From: Octopus vulgaris
Taxonomy: Eukaryota
NCBI GenBank assembly: GCA_951406725.2
Contig: OX597823.1
Span: 63,364,001-63,428,000 of the forward strand
Length of the DNA: 64,000 nt
Reading direction: 5' to 3'
The position numbers and the translations under genes are program-made. Every line of letters begins with the position of its first letter. Position 1 is the first letter of the stretch. The notes under the pieces are model-generated. The model was given only the letters and a program-made list of their open reading frames with translations, was not told the DNA's origin and searched no databases. Positions 27,482 to 40,926 of the stretch are shown in pieces.

Positions 27482-27768
<287 letters not shown>

Positions 27769-27813
27769 TACTACATATGTATATGTGTGTATTGAGTGTG
27801 TGTATGTGCCTCC

Positions 27814-27889
<76 letters not shown>

Positions 27890-28556
27890 ATATATAAACC
27901 AGCACGGACTTTGTCAGTGAACAGGTCGCGGATTTTAGCGACGAAAATATTTTGACAAATTAAACTTAAATGTTGAAGTGAATCGAACGGCTTTTGTGTG
28001 TTTCTTAAATGGCTTATAAACACCTTCCACGCTGCAATTGTTTTTGTTTCAGCACACGATCTCAGATCAAATTACTTGCTATGCGAGTACATCTCCGTAA
28101 AATGTATATATATACATATACATATAAACACTAGCACACACATTTTGATTTAACAAAATTCTCCAATATCTCATTGGTAAAGCATATATTTACAGACATC
28201 ATCTATTTATAGATATAGGTAATTAAAAGAAGGAAAACAATTTTTGAAATGTATGTGTGCGTGTGTGTGTGTGTATGTGTGTGTGTTTGTGTGTTTGTGG
28301 GTATTATTTAAAGGAAAGCAATTTGAGGTAGAGAATGAAAGGAATTAACGTTCTTCGCTTGAATCGTTCTCAAGAGCATTCCTGTCAGAAGTGATATGAA
28401 ATGTATACACGCATACACTTATATACATGCATGTGTATATATATATGTATGCAGGTACGGCAGGCTGTTATGTGGCAACAGAAAACTTCCAGTAATGATG
28501 AAGGACCATCTCGAAAGGGTTCACTCTGATAATAATAATAATAATAATAATAATAA

Positions 28557-28627
<71 letters not shown>

Positions 28628-28630
28628 ATG

Positions 28631-28691
<61 letters not shown>

Positions 28692-28692
<1 letters not shown>

Positions 28693-29403
28693 TTTTCGTT
28701 CGTTACACAATTTTCAGTTATGATGATGCAGGCCTTCTTTATGTGTTTCAACAATGGCTCCACGGCATTTTTTTTATACCACACTAGGCTGTTTTCCTCT
28801 GCTTCGATACAGTCCTGGCGACTGATTAAACCTCTCCAACCCTTTTTTCTGGACAAGTACATCCTATCGATGTCACTCTTACGGTGGAAGGCACCGTGTA
28901 CTGTCAATATTTTTCTGGTCTTGGTATCCTTTTTCTTCACTTCTCCCTTCTGCCGTTTTATAATTTCTGCTCTATACCGAAGTGATGCTATCGCCCACGT
29001 ATTAACTGCTTCGATTTTATTCTATCCAGTCAATTTTGAACGCATCAGCAACCCCAGTCTTCGGAAATACTCCATCTTCAGTTGCTCTTTCATTTCCTTT
29101 TCTATTATTTCGTTGAACTCTAGTACATCAAGTTATTTATATCCTCCCGTTTCAATTTGTTTAATCAGGTCTCTTTTCGGCAATTCTATCCTTACTAGGG
29201 ACTTACCTTGCCTCTTTTAAGTAGGTTATTCCGCAATTCTTGAATCCAAATTCTATTCTAATATCAGGACTAAAACAGTGGACCGTGTTCACCAGGGAAC
29301 TCACTTGTATCTCATATTTGCCATACTGTTTCAAATAATCCATGAAGTGGAGATTGTTGATTGTTTGGGATTTTCCCCTCAGTTGGTATCCTGGATACAT
29401 TTT
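28692..29403 (-). mobile_element. R4/Dong-like RT segment (inverted 5' part)
   Basis: INNLHFMDYLKQYGK, IEFGFKNC, TKTRKILTVHGAFHRKSDIDRMYLSRKKGWRGL. Confidence 0.9.
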
Positions 29404-29439
29404 CCGGGATTTTCACTTTAGTTGGTACCCCAGGTCCAT

Positions 29440-30290
29440 TTTACTGTCAGTTTGCAAGTGAAGTGAACGTCAAGACAGATACAGAGGCCCGGTGGCTATG
29501 GATGAGGAGGAGTGACCTGAAGATAGAGACAGAAGCACTCATAATCTGGAGTTCAGGAACAAGCGTTAAGGACCTATTATACGAAGTGCAGAATATACAA
29601 CATTACCGATAGCGACCAATGCAGAATGTGTGGCGAGAGGGATGAAACGGTATAGCACATCGTTAGTGAATGTCCGAAATTGGCACAACGCGAATACAAA
29701 AGACACCATGACAACGTGGAAAGAATGATCCATTGGGAGCTCTGTGGAAATCACGGCCTGCAAAGAGCAAAGACGTGGTATGAGCAAACTCCAGAAGGAG
29801 TCACCGAAAATGGGAATTGCAAAATCCTGTGGGATGCAACGATCCAGTGCGATCACCTGACCAGGCATCGGAAACCAGACGGTGAATAAGAATAAGAAAG
29901 AACATGTATGATAATCGTCATAGCATGCCCCGGTCACAACAGGATCAATGTGAAAGAAGAAAAAATAAACAACTATGACGATTTGAAGTTGGAAATATGA
30001 AGGTTGTGGTCAATGAGGAAAGTAGACGTGATACCAATAGTAATTGGTGCACTTGGAAGTATCAGAACTGAACTACCAGCATGGCTGAAAAAGATTGGTA
30101 CAAGTGTGAAGAGAGAACACCTACAAAAATCAGCATTGCTTGGAACTACAAGAATTCTTTGCAGGGTTCTTGAAGCATGGCCAGTAAACAAGTGTTACCT
30201 TAGTCTGCTGGCTGTGGACAGCTGATACTTTCCATCATACCCAGCAAAATAAGCTGTGAATTTTCATATAATAATAATAATAATAATAAT
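29440..30290 (+). mobile_element. R4/Dong-like 3' segment with (TAA)n tail
   Basis: LKIETEALI, CRMC..HIVSEC..HD, ILWD..HRKPD, IPIVIGALG, LQKSALLGT. Confidence 0.92.
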
Positions 30291-30574
30291 TTATAGAATT
30301 AAGGTAACTACTCCAGTAGGTATACAGAAGCAAAAAAAAAGAAGAGTGCCATTGTTATCAAGTGAACGATATTTCGGCATCTAGTGTGCCTTCCACGTCA
30401 AAAAATAAACTTGTCAATCTACTTCATTTCTGGTAATATTTCATAGGATTGAGGTAACTCCTCAAGTGGGTATACAGAAACACACTAGATGCCGAAATAT
30501 CGTTCACACTTCTTTTTTTTTTTTGCTTCTGTATAGCTACTGGAGGAGTTACCTCAATCCTGCTGGAATATGAG

Positions 30575-31094
30575 AAAGAGGGAGAAACTTCAAATGGTGA
30601 CCCCAGAAATATACATAAATCATTTAGAAAAATTCAAGTCAGACTTTAAAGAACGATTCAAGGATCTGGAGAAAATGCATGTGTTTGACTAGACTGTTAT
30701 GCCCTTTGACATGAAAATAGAAAACGCAGGTATTGAGCCAAAGTTACAAAATGGGTTCATTGATATGTGCATGGATCTTGAAATTAAATCCTTATTTAAA
30801 AACAGATATGAGCGATCACTGGAGTAATATAAATACCAAAGATAAATCGACCGAGCTTAGTGCAGCAGCTGACATATTTTTACTTATATTCTCGAGTGCA
30901 TATTTTGTTGAAGTGGGTTTGTTGTAATGCAGGTTCACTTTCAACATGGTGTTAAGAAGAAATTTGTAGAATGAACCTGGAAGAGAAACAGAATGCACCT
31001 GGAAGGGTTCAGTGATTTACGGCTAAAACTCACTAATTTCCAGTTAAATATCGATGCAATAACTAGTATTCGCCAAACACATATTTCACATTAA
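30575..31094 (+). mobile_element. hAT (Charlie/Buster) transposase C-terminal remnant
   Basis: YINHLEKFKSDFKERFKDL, FSSAYFVEVG, DLRLKLTNFQLNI..QTHISH*. Confidence 0.85.
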
Positions 31095-32181
31095 ATATTC
31101 CGATTATAACAATATAATGGAATTTTTATCGCTCCTCATCAATTTCGTCAAGTATGTAAGGACAGAATAATTTGTTTTGGTGTATAAATCGATGGAAAAG
31201 CCAGAATCTTTGTGAAGCTCTAAGTACAAAATATTAATTATCGTTAACAAAATAATATTTCACCAAGTGAAGAAATTCTGGAAGCTGTTTGTGATATGTA
31301 GCAGTATTGATAGCAGTCATCGTTGTGGGTCGTAGACTCTTGCATATAGCTGGCTTACGCCGTATTACGGCTACCGTGTTATCGTATAGCTGAAGTTGCG
31401 TGGCATAAATTCGTACAGCCATTGGCCTTGGGTGGGCTGCGACTACTGTCGTGTAGCCGATGTTGAGAAGTGTACATTCATGCAACCCTTGATCTTGATT
31501 GGGTTGCGATCACAGGTCAGTTACCAGACATACGATCTATACATACCTGACGGGCTGTTATAGAAAAGGTGCCAAAGACAAAATTGTTAATGATGTTTAC
31601 AGCACTGGGATTCTAATGAATTAAGCATTAATTGGCCAGCCCAACTATTAATGTTTCAACCGGAGATTTGAATGGTCAGTTGTTTGCTGATGTCATCAAA
31701 CTATGACAGAATCTGGTTTGTGTTGGTTAGTTACTTTTACATCTGAACATAGAGACTTAGGTTCGATTACTAGGGTATAAGTTGGTGTTTGGTACACTGC
31801 TGAATATTTGTGTTATAAATATTTTCATTGAATTTTTCCAAATATTTATTATTAAAAAGCGACCATGACACAAAAGAAAGAAGGAATTACTGTTTGTAAA
31901 TCAACAATTTTTTTTTGTCAATTATACATTTTGAATTTAATTTTAAGAATTTACACAATGGTGTAGTCAATAAGTTATCAACGATTCCATGTAGGGGGTC
32001 AAAGATTTAAGTTTGTTGACACTTGGTTTGGATAAAGCTTGAAATAAAAAAAAAAACCTCTTTGCAGTAGTATATATTTGCTCGGATATTCCGCAGACAC
32101 TGTTACTTCTTTTTCATCGTACATATGTACACGCACTTGGACATATGTATAAATGTATGCATTTATGTATATATATATATG

Positions 32182-32231
<50 letters not shown>

Positions 32232-32784
32232 TATACAAATACATTTACGCACACATATATGTGTATACATTTACTTATATATACATAAACATATACCCGC
32301 ACGCGCACACGCACACACATCCACATGTGCAGTCGTGTACATTTCTCTTATCAAAAAACTTTACACACACACGCACTCTCTCACACACACACACTCACAC
32401 ACACACACACACACGCATACACGCACACACTCACAACGACGCACACATACGCACTCATACACACACACACACACACACACACTTACACTAATCACAAACA
32501 GACATAACATGGCGGCGGCATTATATGCATGAGAGGAAAGGGCAGTGCTTCTGTCGAAAGCATGTATGAAGAGCTGACTTACCGTTTTCCGAGTTACTAA
32601 ATATTTACAGAGTTCGTTCAGGGAATAGTTGACCTTCAAGAGAAATCTGAAAATATTGTTAATTTTTGCATAAATACAGAATGTTACCCCCCCATCTACA
32701 TTACATAATAAATTTTTGTTGACTCTACATTATTAGTCGTATTTAATAAACCGGCTTATCTCTTCATCGTTTTCTGAACACATA

Positions 32785-32823
<39 letters not shown>

Positions 32824-32830
32824 ACACACA

Positions 32831-32882
<52 letters not shown>

Positions 32883-33466
32883 CACAGACTCTTCCTTAAG
32901 CACCTACACATATACACAAATTCTTTCTTTCTCTCTTAAGAACACACACACGCACGCACACAAACACACACACACACACACACACACATCCTCAATCTCA
33001 CTCACACACACACACACACAGACACACTCACACATAAATTCTCAATCGCACGCACTCACACTTTCTCTCTCTCTGTCTCTTAAACACACACACACACACA
33101 TCTACACATAGACTCTCGTACACATATACACACACAATGTTTATTTTATCAGCTTCACTCTCTCTCTCTCGTGCGTCATCTCTCGCTCTTTCTCTCTCTC
33201 TCTCTGCCTCTCTTCTACTCTTGTTTTCTAACTTGCACGCACACATATGTACATATATTTATACACACAGGTATATATATGCGTGTGTTAAGATTTACGA
33301 ACTAGGAGGAAAAAGATACTTGATACATGCCGTAGAATATGTTCATTTTTTTAAAGCTGAAGCAAATTTGAGTTTTCCATCTCTGCTCTTCGAGGAAGAC
33401 AAACTGAACTAAACTATATGCACGTACATTTACCCATACATATACATGGAAACAGGCATGCATGCA

Positions 33467-33536
<70 letters not shown>

Positions 33537-33540
<4 letters not shown>

Positions 33541-33738
33541 TAATCCAAACATGAAAGCACAAAAAAAACACAACAACGCGAGGACGTGGAACAAATATAG
33601 TATTATTGGACGCTCAGGAAAGAAGGGAAGAAGGAGGGTTTAACGTTTCGAGCGGAGCTCTTCGTCGGAAACATAAGAGAAGGCAAGATCCAGAGAAGGA
33701 AAGACAGAGGAAAAAAATCGCCAACGGTACACACGCGG

Positions 33739-33740
<2 letters not shown>
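33537..33740 (-). mobile_element. Short pLTR-like element with U4C hammerhead at 33638..33672
   Basis: GUUU-CCGACGA-A-GAGC(UCC)GCUC-GAA-ACGU-U-AAAC; near-identical to 43370..43570. Confidence 0.8.
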
Positions 33741-33785
<45 letters not shown>

Positions 33786-34022
33786 CGATTATATATTTGT
33801 TTTGCGAGATTCTTGATGTGAAATCGTGTGTTGAACCAGATATTGTTGTATTTAGGAATGGTCATGTTGCCAGTTTAGCCAATAAAAACACACGCACTAT
33901 ATATCTGGTGCTAATTTGCTTCTAAGATGAATGTAAAAAATAAAGCTGAAGCAAATTAACACCAAATATATAGTGCGTGTGTTTTTATTGGCTAAACTGG
34001 CAACATGACCATCCCTAAATAC

Positions 34023-34066
<44 letters not shown>

Positions 34067-34129
34067 GTATATTCAAATAATAAATAAAAGATACATACAC
34101 ACACACTAACATACATACATAAGCATATT

Positions 34130-34178
<49 letters not shown>

Positions 34179-34202
34179 CGTGCGTGTGCGTGTGTGTGTG
34201 TA

Positions 34203-34237
<35 letters not shown>

Positions 34238-34462
34238 ATGTATGTATGTATGTATGTACGTTTATCAGTTCGTTTTGCAAGATTCCTGACGTGAAATCGT
34301 GTGTTGAAACAGATATTGCTGTATTTCGGGATGGTTATTTTATTTATCATTTTTATTTGCCAAATAAACACATGCACTATATATTTTTTCTTCACTCGTT
34401 TATTACTGGTCTTATTTTATTATCTTAACCCATGTAGAACAAGAACACACGAAAACGAAAAG

Positions 34463-34507
34463 TGTCACTGAAGAGGTCACAGATGTGTGACGAAAGATTT
34501 CAGGACA
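34463..34507 (+). ncRNA. Hammerhead-like motif, canonical core, imperfect stem I
   Basis: UGUCA-CUGAAGA-G-GUCACA(GAUG)UGUGAC-GAA-AGAUUU-C-AGGACA. Confidence 0.6.
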
Positions 34508-34734
34508 ATGGACATGAGTTAAAATGATAAAATGAGAATAGTAATAAATGAGTGAAGAAAAAAAAAAATATATATATAGTGCGTGTGTTTATTTGGCAAA
34601 CATTATATAAATAAAATGACCATCCCGAAATACAACAATATGTATGTGTGTATGTGAGTGCATGTGTGTGTGTATATATATATATATTTGTGTGTTAATA
34701 CATGTATGTGTGTGTGTGTATGTGTGTGTGTAAA

Positions 34735-34894
34735 GGCACAAGTGTGGCTGTGTGGTAAGAAGCTTGCTTCTCAACCACATGGTTCCCGGGTTCAGTCCCA
34801 TTGCGTTGCACCTTGGGTAAGTGTCTTCTAAAGCTTCGGCCGGCCAAAGCCTTGTGAGTGGATTTGGTTGACAGAAACTAAAAGATGCCCGCTG

Positions 34895-34946
<52 letters not shown>

Positions 34947-35007
34947 TGTATGTATGTATGTATGTATGTATGTATGTATGTATATATGTATGTATGTATA
35001 TATGTAC

Positions 35008-35038
<31 letters not shown>

Positions 35039-35215
35039 TGTATGTATGTATGTATGTATGTATGTATGTATGTATTTGTTATCTGTGTTTGTCCCCCCAC
35101 CATCGCTTGACAGCTGATGTTGGTGTGTAAACGTCCTTATAACTTAGCGGTTCGGCAAAAGATACTAATAGAATAAGTACTAGGTTTACAAAGAATAAGT
35201 CCTGGGTTCGATTTG
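34735..35215 (+). mobile_element. SINE family B with expanded internal (TATG)n
   Basis: Match to 27052..27445. Confidence 0.85.
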
Positions 35216-35216
35216 T

Positions 35217-35290
<74 letters not shown>

Positions 35291-35293
<3 letters not shown>

Positions 35294-35479
35294 AGATCGT
35301 TAGCTCCTACACGCATTTTTTTCTCTCGTTTTCTTTTTCTGTGTATCTTTCTGTCGAAGAGCGTAGGCTCGAAACGTAAAAGACTTGTTCTATTTCTATT
35401 CCTGAGCGCCATACTAATACATTTGTTTGTTTGTACTCCACCTGCCTTCGTCTTTTGTTTCTTTTCGTAAACCTTCCCG

Positions 35480-35481
<2 letters not shown>
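35291..35481 (+). mobile_element. Short pLTR-like element with A6U hammerhead at 35346..35383, inside (TA)n
   Basis: UCUUU-CUGUCGA-A-GAGC(GUAG)GCUC-GAA-ACGU-A-AAAGA. Confidence 0.8.
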
Positions 35482-35532
<51 letters not shown>

Positions 35533-35533
<1 letters not shown>

Positions 35534-35690
35534 GACGTGCTTCTTCCAGTTTCCGTCTACCAAATTCACTCAGAAGGCTTTGGTCGGCTCGAGCCTATAG
35601 TAGAAGACTCTTGTTCATGGTGTCACGCAATGGGACTGAACCCAGAACCATATGGTTGGGATGCAATCTTCTTACCACACAGCCTCACTT
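35533..35690 (-). mobile_element. SINE family B head half
   Basis: Match to 27280..27440. Confidence 0.8.
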
Positions 35691-36203
35691 AAAATGTTTT
35701 TAAACAAGAGAAGGCTCGTCGATTGCATCGACCCCACTGCTCAACTGGTACTTGCTTTATTGATAATGAAAAAATAAAAGGAGTGGTCGACCTCGGCGGA
35801 ACTTCAACTCAGAAAGTAAGGACAAGTAAAATGCCGCTAAGCATTTTGTTCGGCACAGAAACGATTCTACCAGATTGCTACATTTTTTAGTCATACTAAT
35901 GACACTAAAAATGTGTAACTGGTTATTCATTTTTAGTTTTCTTTCATATGAATTTTACTGCTTTTTTTCAGACGCATCACATAAATGTCTGCACACATAC
36001 TTATTTTTAAATGTATAAATGTGTTTTGCTTTCAATGCTAGATCAGTCTGCAAAGAAATAAAATGATATTCGTTTAATTATTTAGAAATAAATATATATT
36101 AGATTTCTTTTTTGACTGTGTGTTATTTCGACAATAAGAGAAGAGCTTGTGTGGTTGCGTGCTTCTGTGTGTATGTTTATGCGTGTGTGTATTTGTTTGG
36201 TTG

Positions 36204-36247
<44 letters not shown>

Positions 36248-36614
36248 TGTGTATGTAATGTTGCGGAGTAAGAATGAAATCAAGATGAAATGTGGCCGTG
36301 GTCTTTGAAGATGGAATGATTTCTCCGACATTTGATTAAATTTATTGATTTATGGTTTAAAATCTTTGATTTATAGTTTAAGTCTTTGATTTACGGATTT
36401 CGATAAAATATCGATTTTCTCATATTGGTTCAAGGTCAGTTTAAGGGAGAATGTTTCGAGGTTGGAATCGATTTCAGTAAAAGCTTGATTCTTATTTTAT
36501 CGATCTGGACTACGAAAAGCAAAGTCAGTACAGTCGAGTGAATCTACTAAATACTGTTCAGAGGAGAGACCGATATATCGAGTTAAGCAAATAAACTCAG
36601 TATTGGCCTGCTAA

Positions 36615-36870
36615 GTGTGTGCCTTAGTGGTGTGGGTGTTGGACTCATGATCGTAAGATTGTGGTTTCGATTCCTGGATCTAGCGATGCGTTGTGTTCTT
36701 GAGCAAAATACTTTATTTCACGTTGTTCCAGCCCATTCAGCTGGTAAAAGTGAGTAATCCTGCGACGGACCGACGTCCTGTTCATTTGGGGGAATATATA
36801 CGCCATGAAACCGGGAAACCGGCCCTAATGAGTCGGTATGTCTTGAGAAGATAACTTTACCTTTACCTAG
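36615..36870 (+). mobile_element. tRNA-derived SINE family D
   Basis: B box GGTTTCGATTCCT; head shared with 39660..39775, 46501 and 53985; ctttacct tail. Confidence 0.75.
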
Positions 36871-36889
36871 GTGTGTCGACAATGCTGAA

Positions 36890-37040
36890 CAGACCTGGGC
36901 AAACTGCGACCCGCGGTACTTTCTAGATGGTACGTTTAAAAAAAAAAAAGTTATTTTGAATTCTTTTCAGTATTGAAGATCGCATGATGATGAACCATGT
37001 CTTATGTGGCCCGCTTCTGTAAAAAGGTTGCCCATGCCTA
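36890..37040. mobile_element. hAT-type MITE
   Basis: CAGACCTGGGCAAAC..CCCGCGG / TGGCCCGC..GGTTGCCCATGCCT. Confidence 0.65.
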
Positions 37041-37580
37041 ATTTAGGACACTGAGAGAAGCAGCTGGAGTTATTATGTACCTGTCTTCTTCCACAGCTTA
37101 ACCATTTTGCATTTGGATTATTCTATCAAATGGAATGCTTATTTTTCACATAGTTTTGAATTTACTATGCATTATCTCGTAGCTTCAAGATTTCCACTTA
37201 TGTAATTTGTTTATTTTTAGAATGACATTGTAAGGTATGTGCGACAGGCTGGATCTGGTTAGTTTGATCATGAAACAGGTAGATTAGTTTGGCCTGGTAT
37301 GGCCAGTTGAAATGCAAAATATTAAAATTTCTTCTTTCACTCAACGGCAACGAAGTCGACAATGCGCAGACATGATTCATGTGCAGTTCTTCCAGACTGT
37401 TCCCTATTCGCTACATATAACTGTCCATCGGACTGAGCTGGTGAAATTATATTTTCTATTCCTCTAGAATAGGCCAAAGGTCAATGAGTTCACGACTTTG
37501 ACCAGCCTGCGTCCAGTATCTATATTGAAAAAATAAGACGAAAATGTTTAGCGAAATTTAACATGGAAATATAGAAAGAA

Positions 37581-37623
37581 AGCATGTACCGGTTTCGGTT
37601 GTATAAGACGACCTCTTCAAGCT
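37581..37623 (-). ncRNA. Degenerate hammerhead-like motif
   Basis: AGC-UUGAAGA-GGUCGU(CUUAU)ACAACC-GAA-ACCGGU-A-CAUGCU; stem I out of register. Confidence 0.5.
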
Positions 37624-37962
37624 GGAATAAAATGGAAAGGAAAATTAGATTAATTTAAATTAAACTTTCATAATATCAGTTCTGGAGGTTCATATATTTT
37701 TATAAAAATCACAAGGTGCAGTATTTCATGTCATGATGGATGCTGGTTGGTATAGATGGCTGCTTACATATATGTTATATATATACATTATACACCTCCT
37801 CCACATACAAACACACATATAAAGTTATAGGAAATATTACTGACCGATGGTTTTCTTTTCACTTCTTTTACCTTCTTTTTCAATATTTCAGGATTAGGAC
37901 CACTTCTTCTATGGGAAGTCTTCGGAAAAATGGTGTTGTGAGCTAACTTCTCTTTTTTGCAG

Positions 37963-38034
37963 TGTGTCAGAGTAGTTGGCCCCGAAGATTTCCTTAAGAG
38001 GGAGGGGCATGAGCCCAAAATATTGTATTACACG
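37963..38034 (+). CDS. Candidate 72-nt host exon (CVRVVGPEDFLKREGHEPKILYYT), unidentified
   Basis: ctaac + pyrimidine tract + cag acceptor, ACG|gtaaaa donor, open frame, non-repetitive context. Confidence 0.25.
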
Positions 38035-38358
38035 GTAAAATCACAAACCATCGACTTCTTTTATGTCTTATGACTTGTACTGCTTTGGCAAAAAAAGAAA
38101 AAAAAAATGAAAACAAAACAGTTAGCCCTTTCCCCACACACATACATACTTACGTAACTGAACATGGTAAAAATTGAAAAGATCTAACATCGATGCTTTG
38201 AACTGAGAGTCGAGCGACGAATGCAAATACTAAAAGATATTTAAATCGACTCTCCTTTTTCAGTGCTGCCACTGATTTTAGAAGAGAATTTCAAAAGATT
38301 GAACCAACCCAAAACGGGTTCGATCTTTTGAAATTCTGCTAGGTCACTGCCTTGTACA

Positions 38359-38359
<1 letters not shown>

Positions 38360-38401
<42 letters not shown>

Positions 38402-38568
38402 GTTTAGCGTCCGCTTTCTATGCTAGCATGGGTTGGACGGTTCAACTGGGGTCTGGGAAGCCAGAAGGCTGCACCAGGCCCAGTTTGATCTGGCAATGTT
38501 TCTACGGCTGGATGCCCTTCCTAACGCCAACCACTCCATGAGTGTAGTGGGTGCTTTTTACGTGCCAC
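38360..38568 (-). mobile_element. SINE-like family C
   Basis: Match to 10745..10930; (CAT)n array. Confidence 0.8.
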
Positions 38569-39454
38569 ACAATGAATATTAATACTGTTAATGACAACTA
38601 TGCATGTTATTCTTAAATATCAGAATGAGTTGGCAAACTCTTGTTACTTACGTCGGATACGATGATGATCAAGGCACATATTCTATAAATTGTATATCCG
38701 GGATTCTTTCAACATTGTCTTCCAAAGCTATTAATACCTGGGAGCTCTTTGCTCCTCACAGACATACTGCGGCCTTGGGGTCTACTTTTCCATCCACCTT
38801 TAACATGCATGCAGCAGTAAATATTTTCAGCTCTAGTCTTTACTGAGAATCTATCAGGTAGAGCTGACTATCATCAATATCCGTTATGTGAACGGTACAC
38901 TATAAATATTAGTTTAAACTTTTGGCGCAAATCCAGAATTTTCAGAGAGGGGTCAGTCGATTTTTTCGATTCTAGTGCTCAACTAATACATTTTTTATCG
39001 ACCCCAGAAGGATGGAAGACAAAGTCGATTTCAACGGCATTTGAACTCAGAATGTAAAGACATACGAAATGCTGCTAAACACTTTTCCTGGCGTGCTAAC
39101 GATTCTGCTAGGTCACCGCCTTGAATATTAATGAATATTAATACCGTTAATGATGACAGTGAAAAGATGGCTCTTGGGTCTTAAAAGTTAAAGACAGAGA
39201 CAAAGTTCCTAGACACAACAAAATTTGTTGCAACACACGAATTCACATAAAGAATCTTGCAAACCAGATACATAAACGAAGTAAAAAATAACGGAATAAA
39301 ATTGAAACATACCCATCAGAAAGTCAACAGCAAAAGGAGAAGACAAGTTTAGTTCATTGGATGACGTGTGAGAATGAGCCATGTCTCATTGCGGACCGCT
39401 TCCCGTAAAAGGTTACTAATGTTTTCTCTGTAGGTATGGCACATAAAGAGAGTA

Positions 39455-39775
39455 ACTGGCACTCCGTCGGTTACGACGGTGAGGATTCCAGTTGATCCGA
39501 TCAAGAGGACAGCCTGCTCGTGAAATTAACGTGCAAGTGGCTGAGTACTCCACAGACACGTGTACTCTTAACGTAGTGCTCATGGCAGATTCAGCGTGAC
39601 AGCGACAAGGCTGGTGTTATGAAATACAGATACAACTCGTTTTTGCCAGCAGAGTGGACTAGAACAACGTGGAATAAAATATCTTCCTCAAGGACAACAA
39701 CGTGCCGCCAGGAATCGAACTTTAGAACTTACGATCGTGAGCCAATTACTCTAACCGCTAAGCCACGCGCCTTCA
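39455..39775 (-). mobile_element. tRNA-derived SINE (family D head, different tail)
   Basis: Reverse complement of 53985..54300. Confidence 0.8.
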
Positions 39776-39991
39776 CTAAAGGAAAACACGTGACTGTGTG
39801 ACTCAACTCACATTCGTTGAAGAAACTTAGGAAACACTCGTATCAGTCAGTTAAATTCAAATAACTCCAGGACTTGACTAGTTTTCCTATTTTATCGACC
39901 CCAGGATGATAAAAGGTAAAGTTGACCTCGGCGGAATTTGAATTCAAAAACATAGAGCCGTAAATTGACACTGCAAAAGTTCTAACAATTC

Positions 39992-40405
39992 CTATTTCTT
40001 TATTACCCACAAGGGGCTAAACATAGAGGGGACAAACAAGGACAGACATAGGTATTAAGTCGATTACATCGACCCCAGTGCGTAACTGGTACTTAATTTA
40101 TCGACCCCGAAAGGATGAAAGGCAAAGACGACCTCGGCGGAATTTGAACTCAGAACGTAACGACAGGCGAAATACCTATTTCTTTATTACCCACAAGGGG
40201 CTAAACACAGAGGGGACAAACAAGGACAGACATAGGTATTAAGTCGATTACATCGACCCCAGTGCGTAACTGGTACTTAATTTATCGACCCCGAAAGGAT
40301 GAAAGGCAAAGTCGACCTCGGCGGAATTTGAACTCAGAACGTAACGACAGACGAAATACCGCTAAGCATTTCGCCCGACATCCTAACGATTCTGCCAGCT
40401 CGCCT
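39992..40405 (-). mobile_element. SINE family A partial tandem dimer
   Basis: About 183-bp direct repeat joined at gaaatacc|tatttc. Confidence 0.9.
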
Positions 40406-40745
40406 CCGCCAATCCCTTCGTCTCGATAACAAAAGTAAGATAATAAACATCCACGTACGAAGAGGTACAGTTGAAGAAAAACCAAATAAACAGGATAATA
40501 CTAATAAACAATCTTTTGATTTATCTTGTTTGTTGTTTTTGTTGACGTGGGAATGAGAGGGTGATGAGGTGGTGGTGGTGGTGGTGGGTGGGTAGGTGGG
40601 GTGTGTATTTATTGCCCAGCCTTTCTACGCGTTTGTGTTTTTCAAAAACTAAATCGAAATATCAAATGACATTTATAGCGTTTCAAACTGACCTTCGTAT
40701 GATTTATTAGCACACGCACACACACATTATTACTATTATTACTAC

Positions 40746-40907
<162 letters not shown>

Positions 40908-40926
40908 CATTATTATTATTATTATT

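Noticed and set aside
37892-38072. In-frame TGA as possible selenocysteine
   Set aside because: No selenoprotein motif or SECIS seen; the second acceptor explains the frame more simply
38600-38900. Possible RTE RT remnant on - (ITDIDD)
   Set aside because: Too decayed to support
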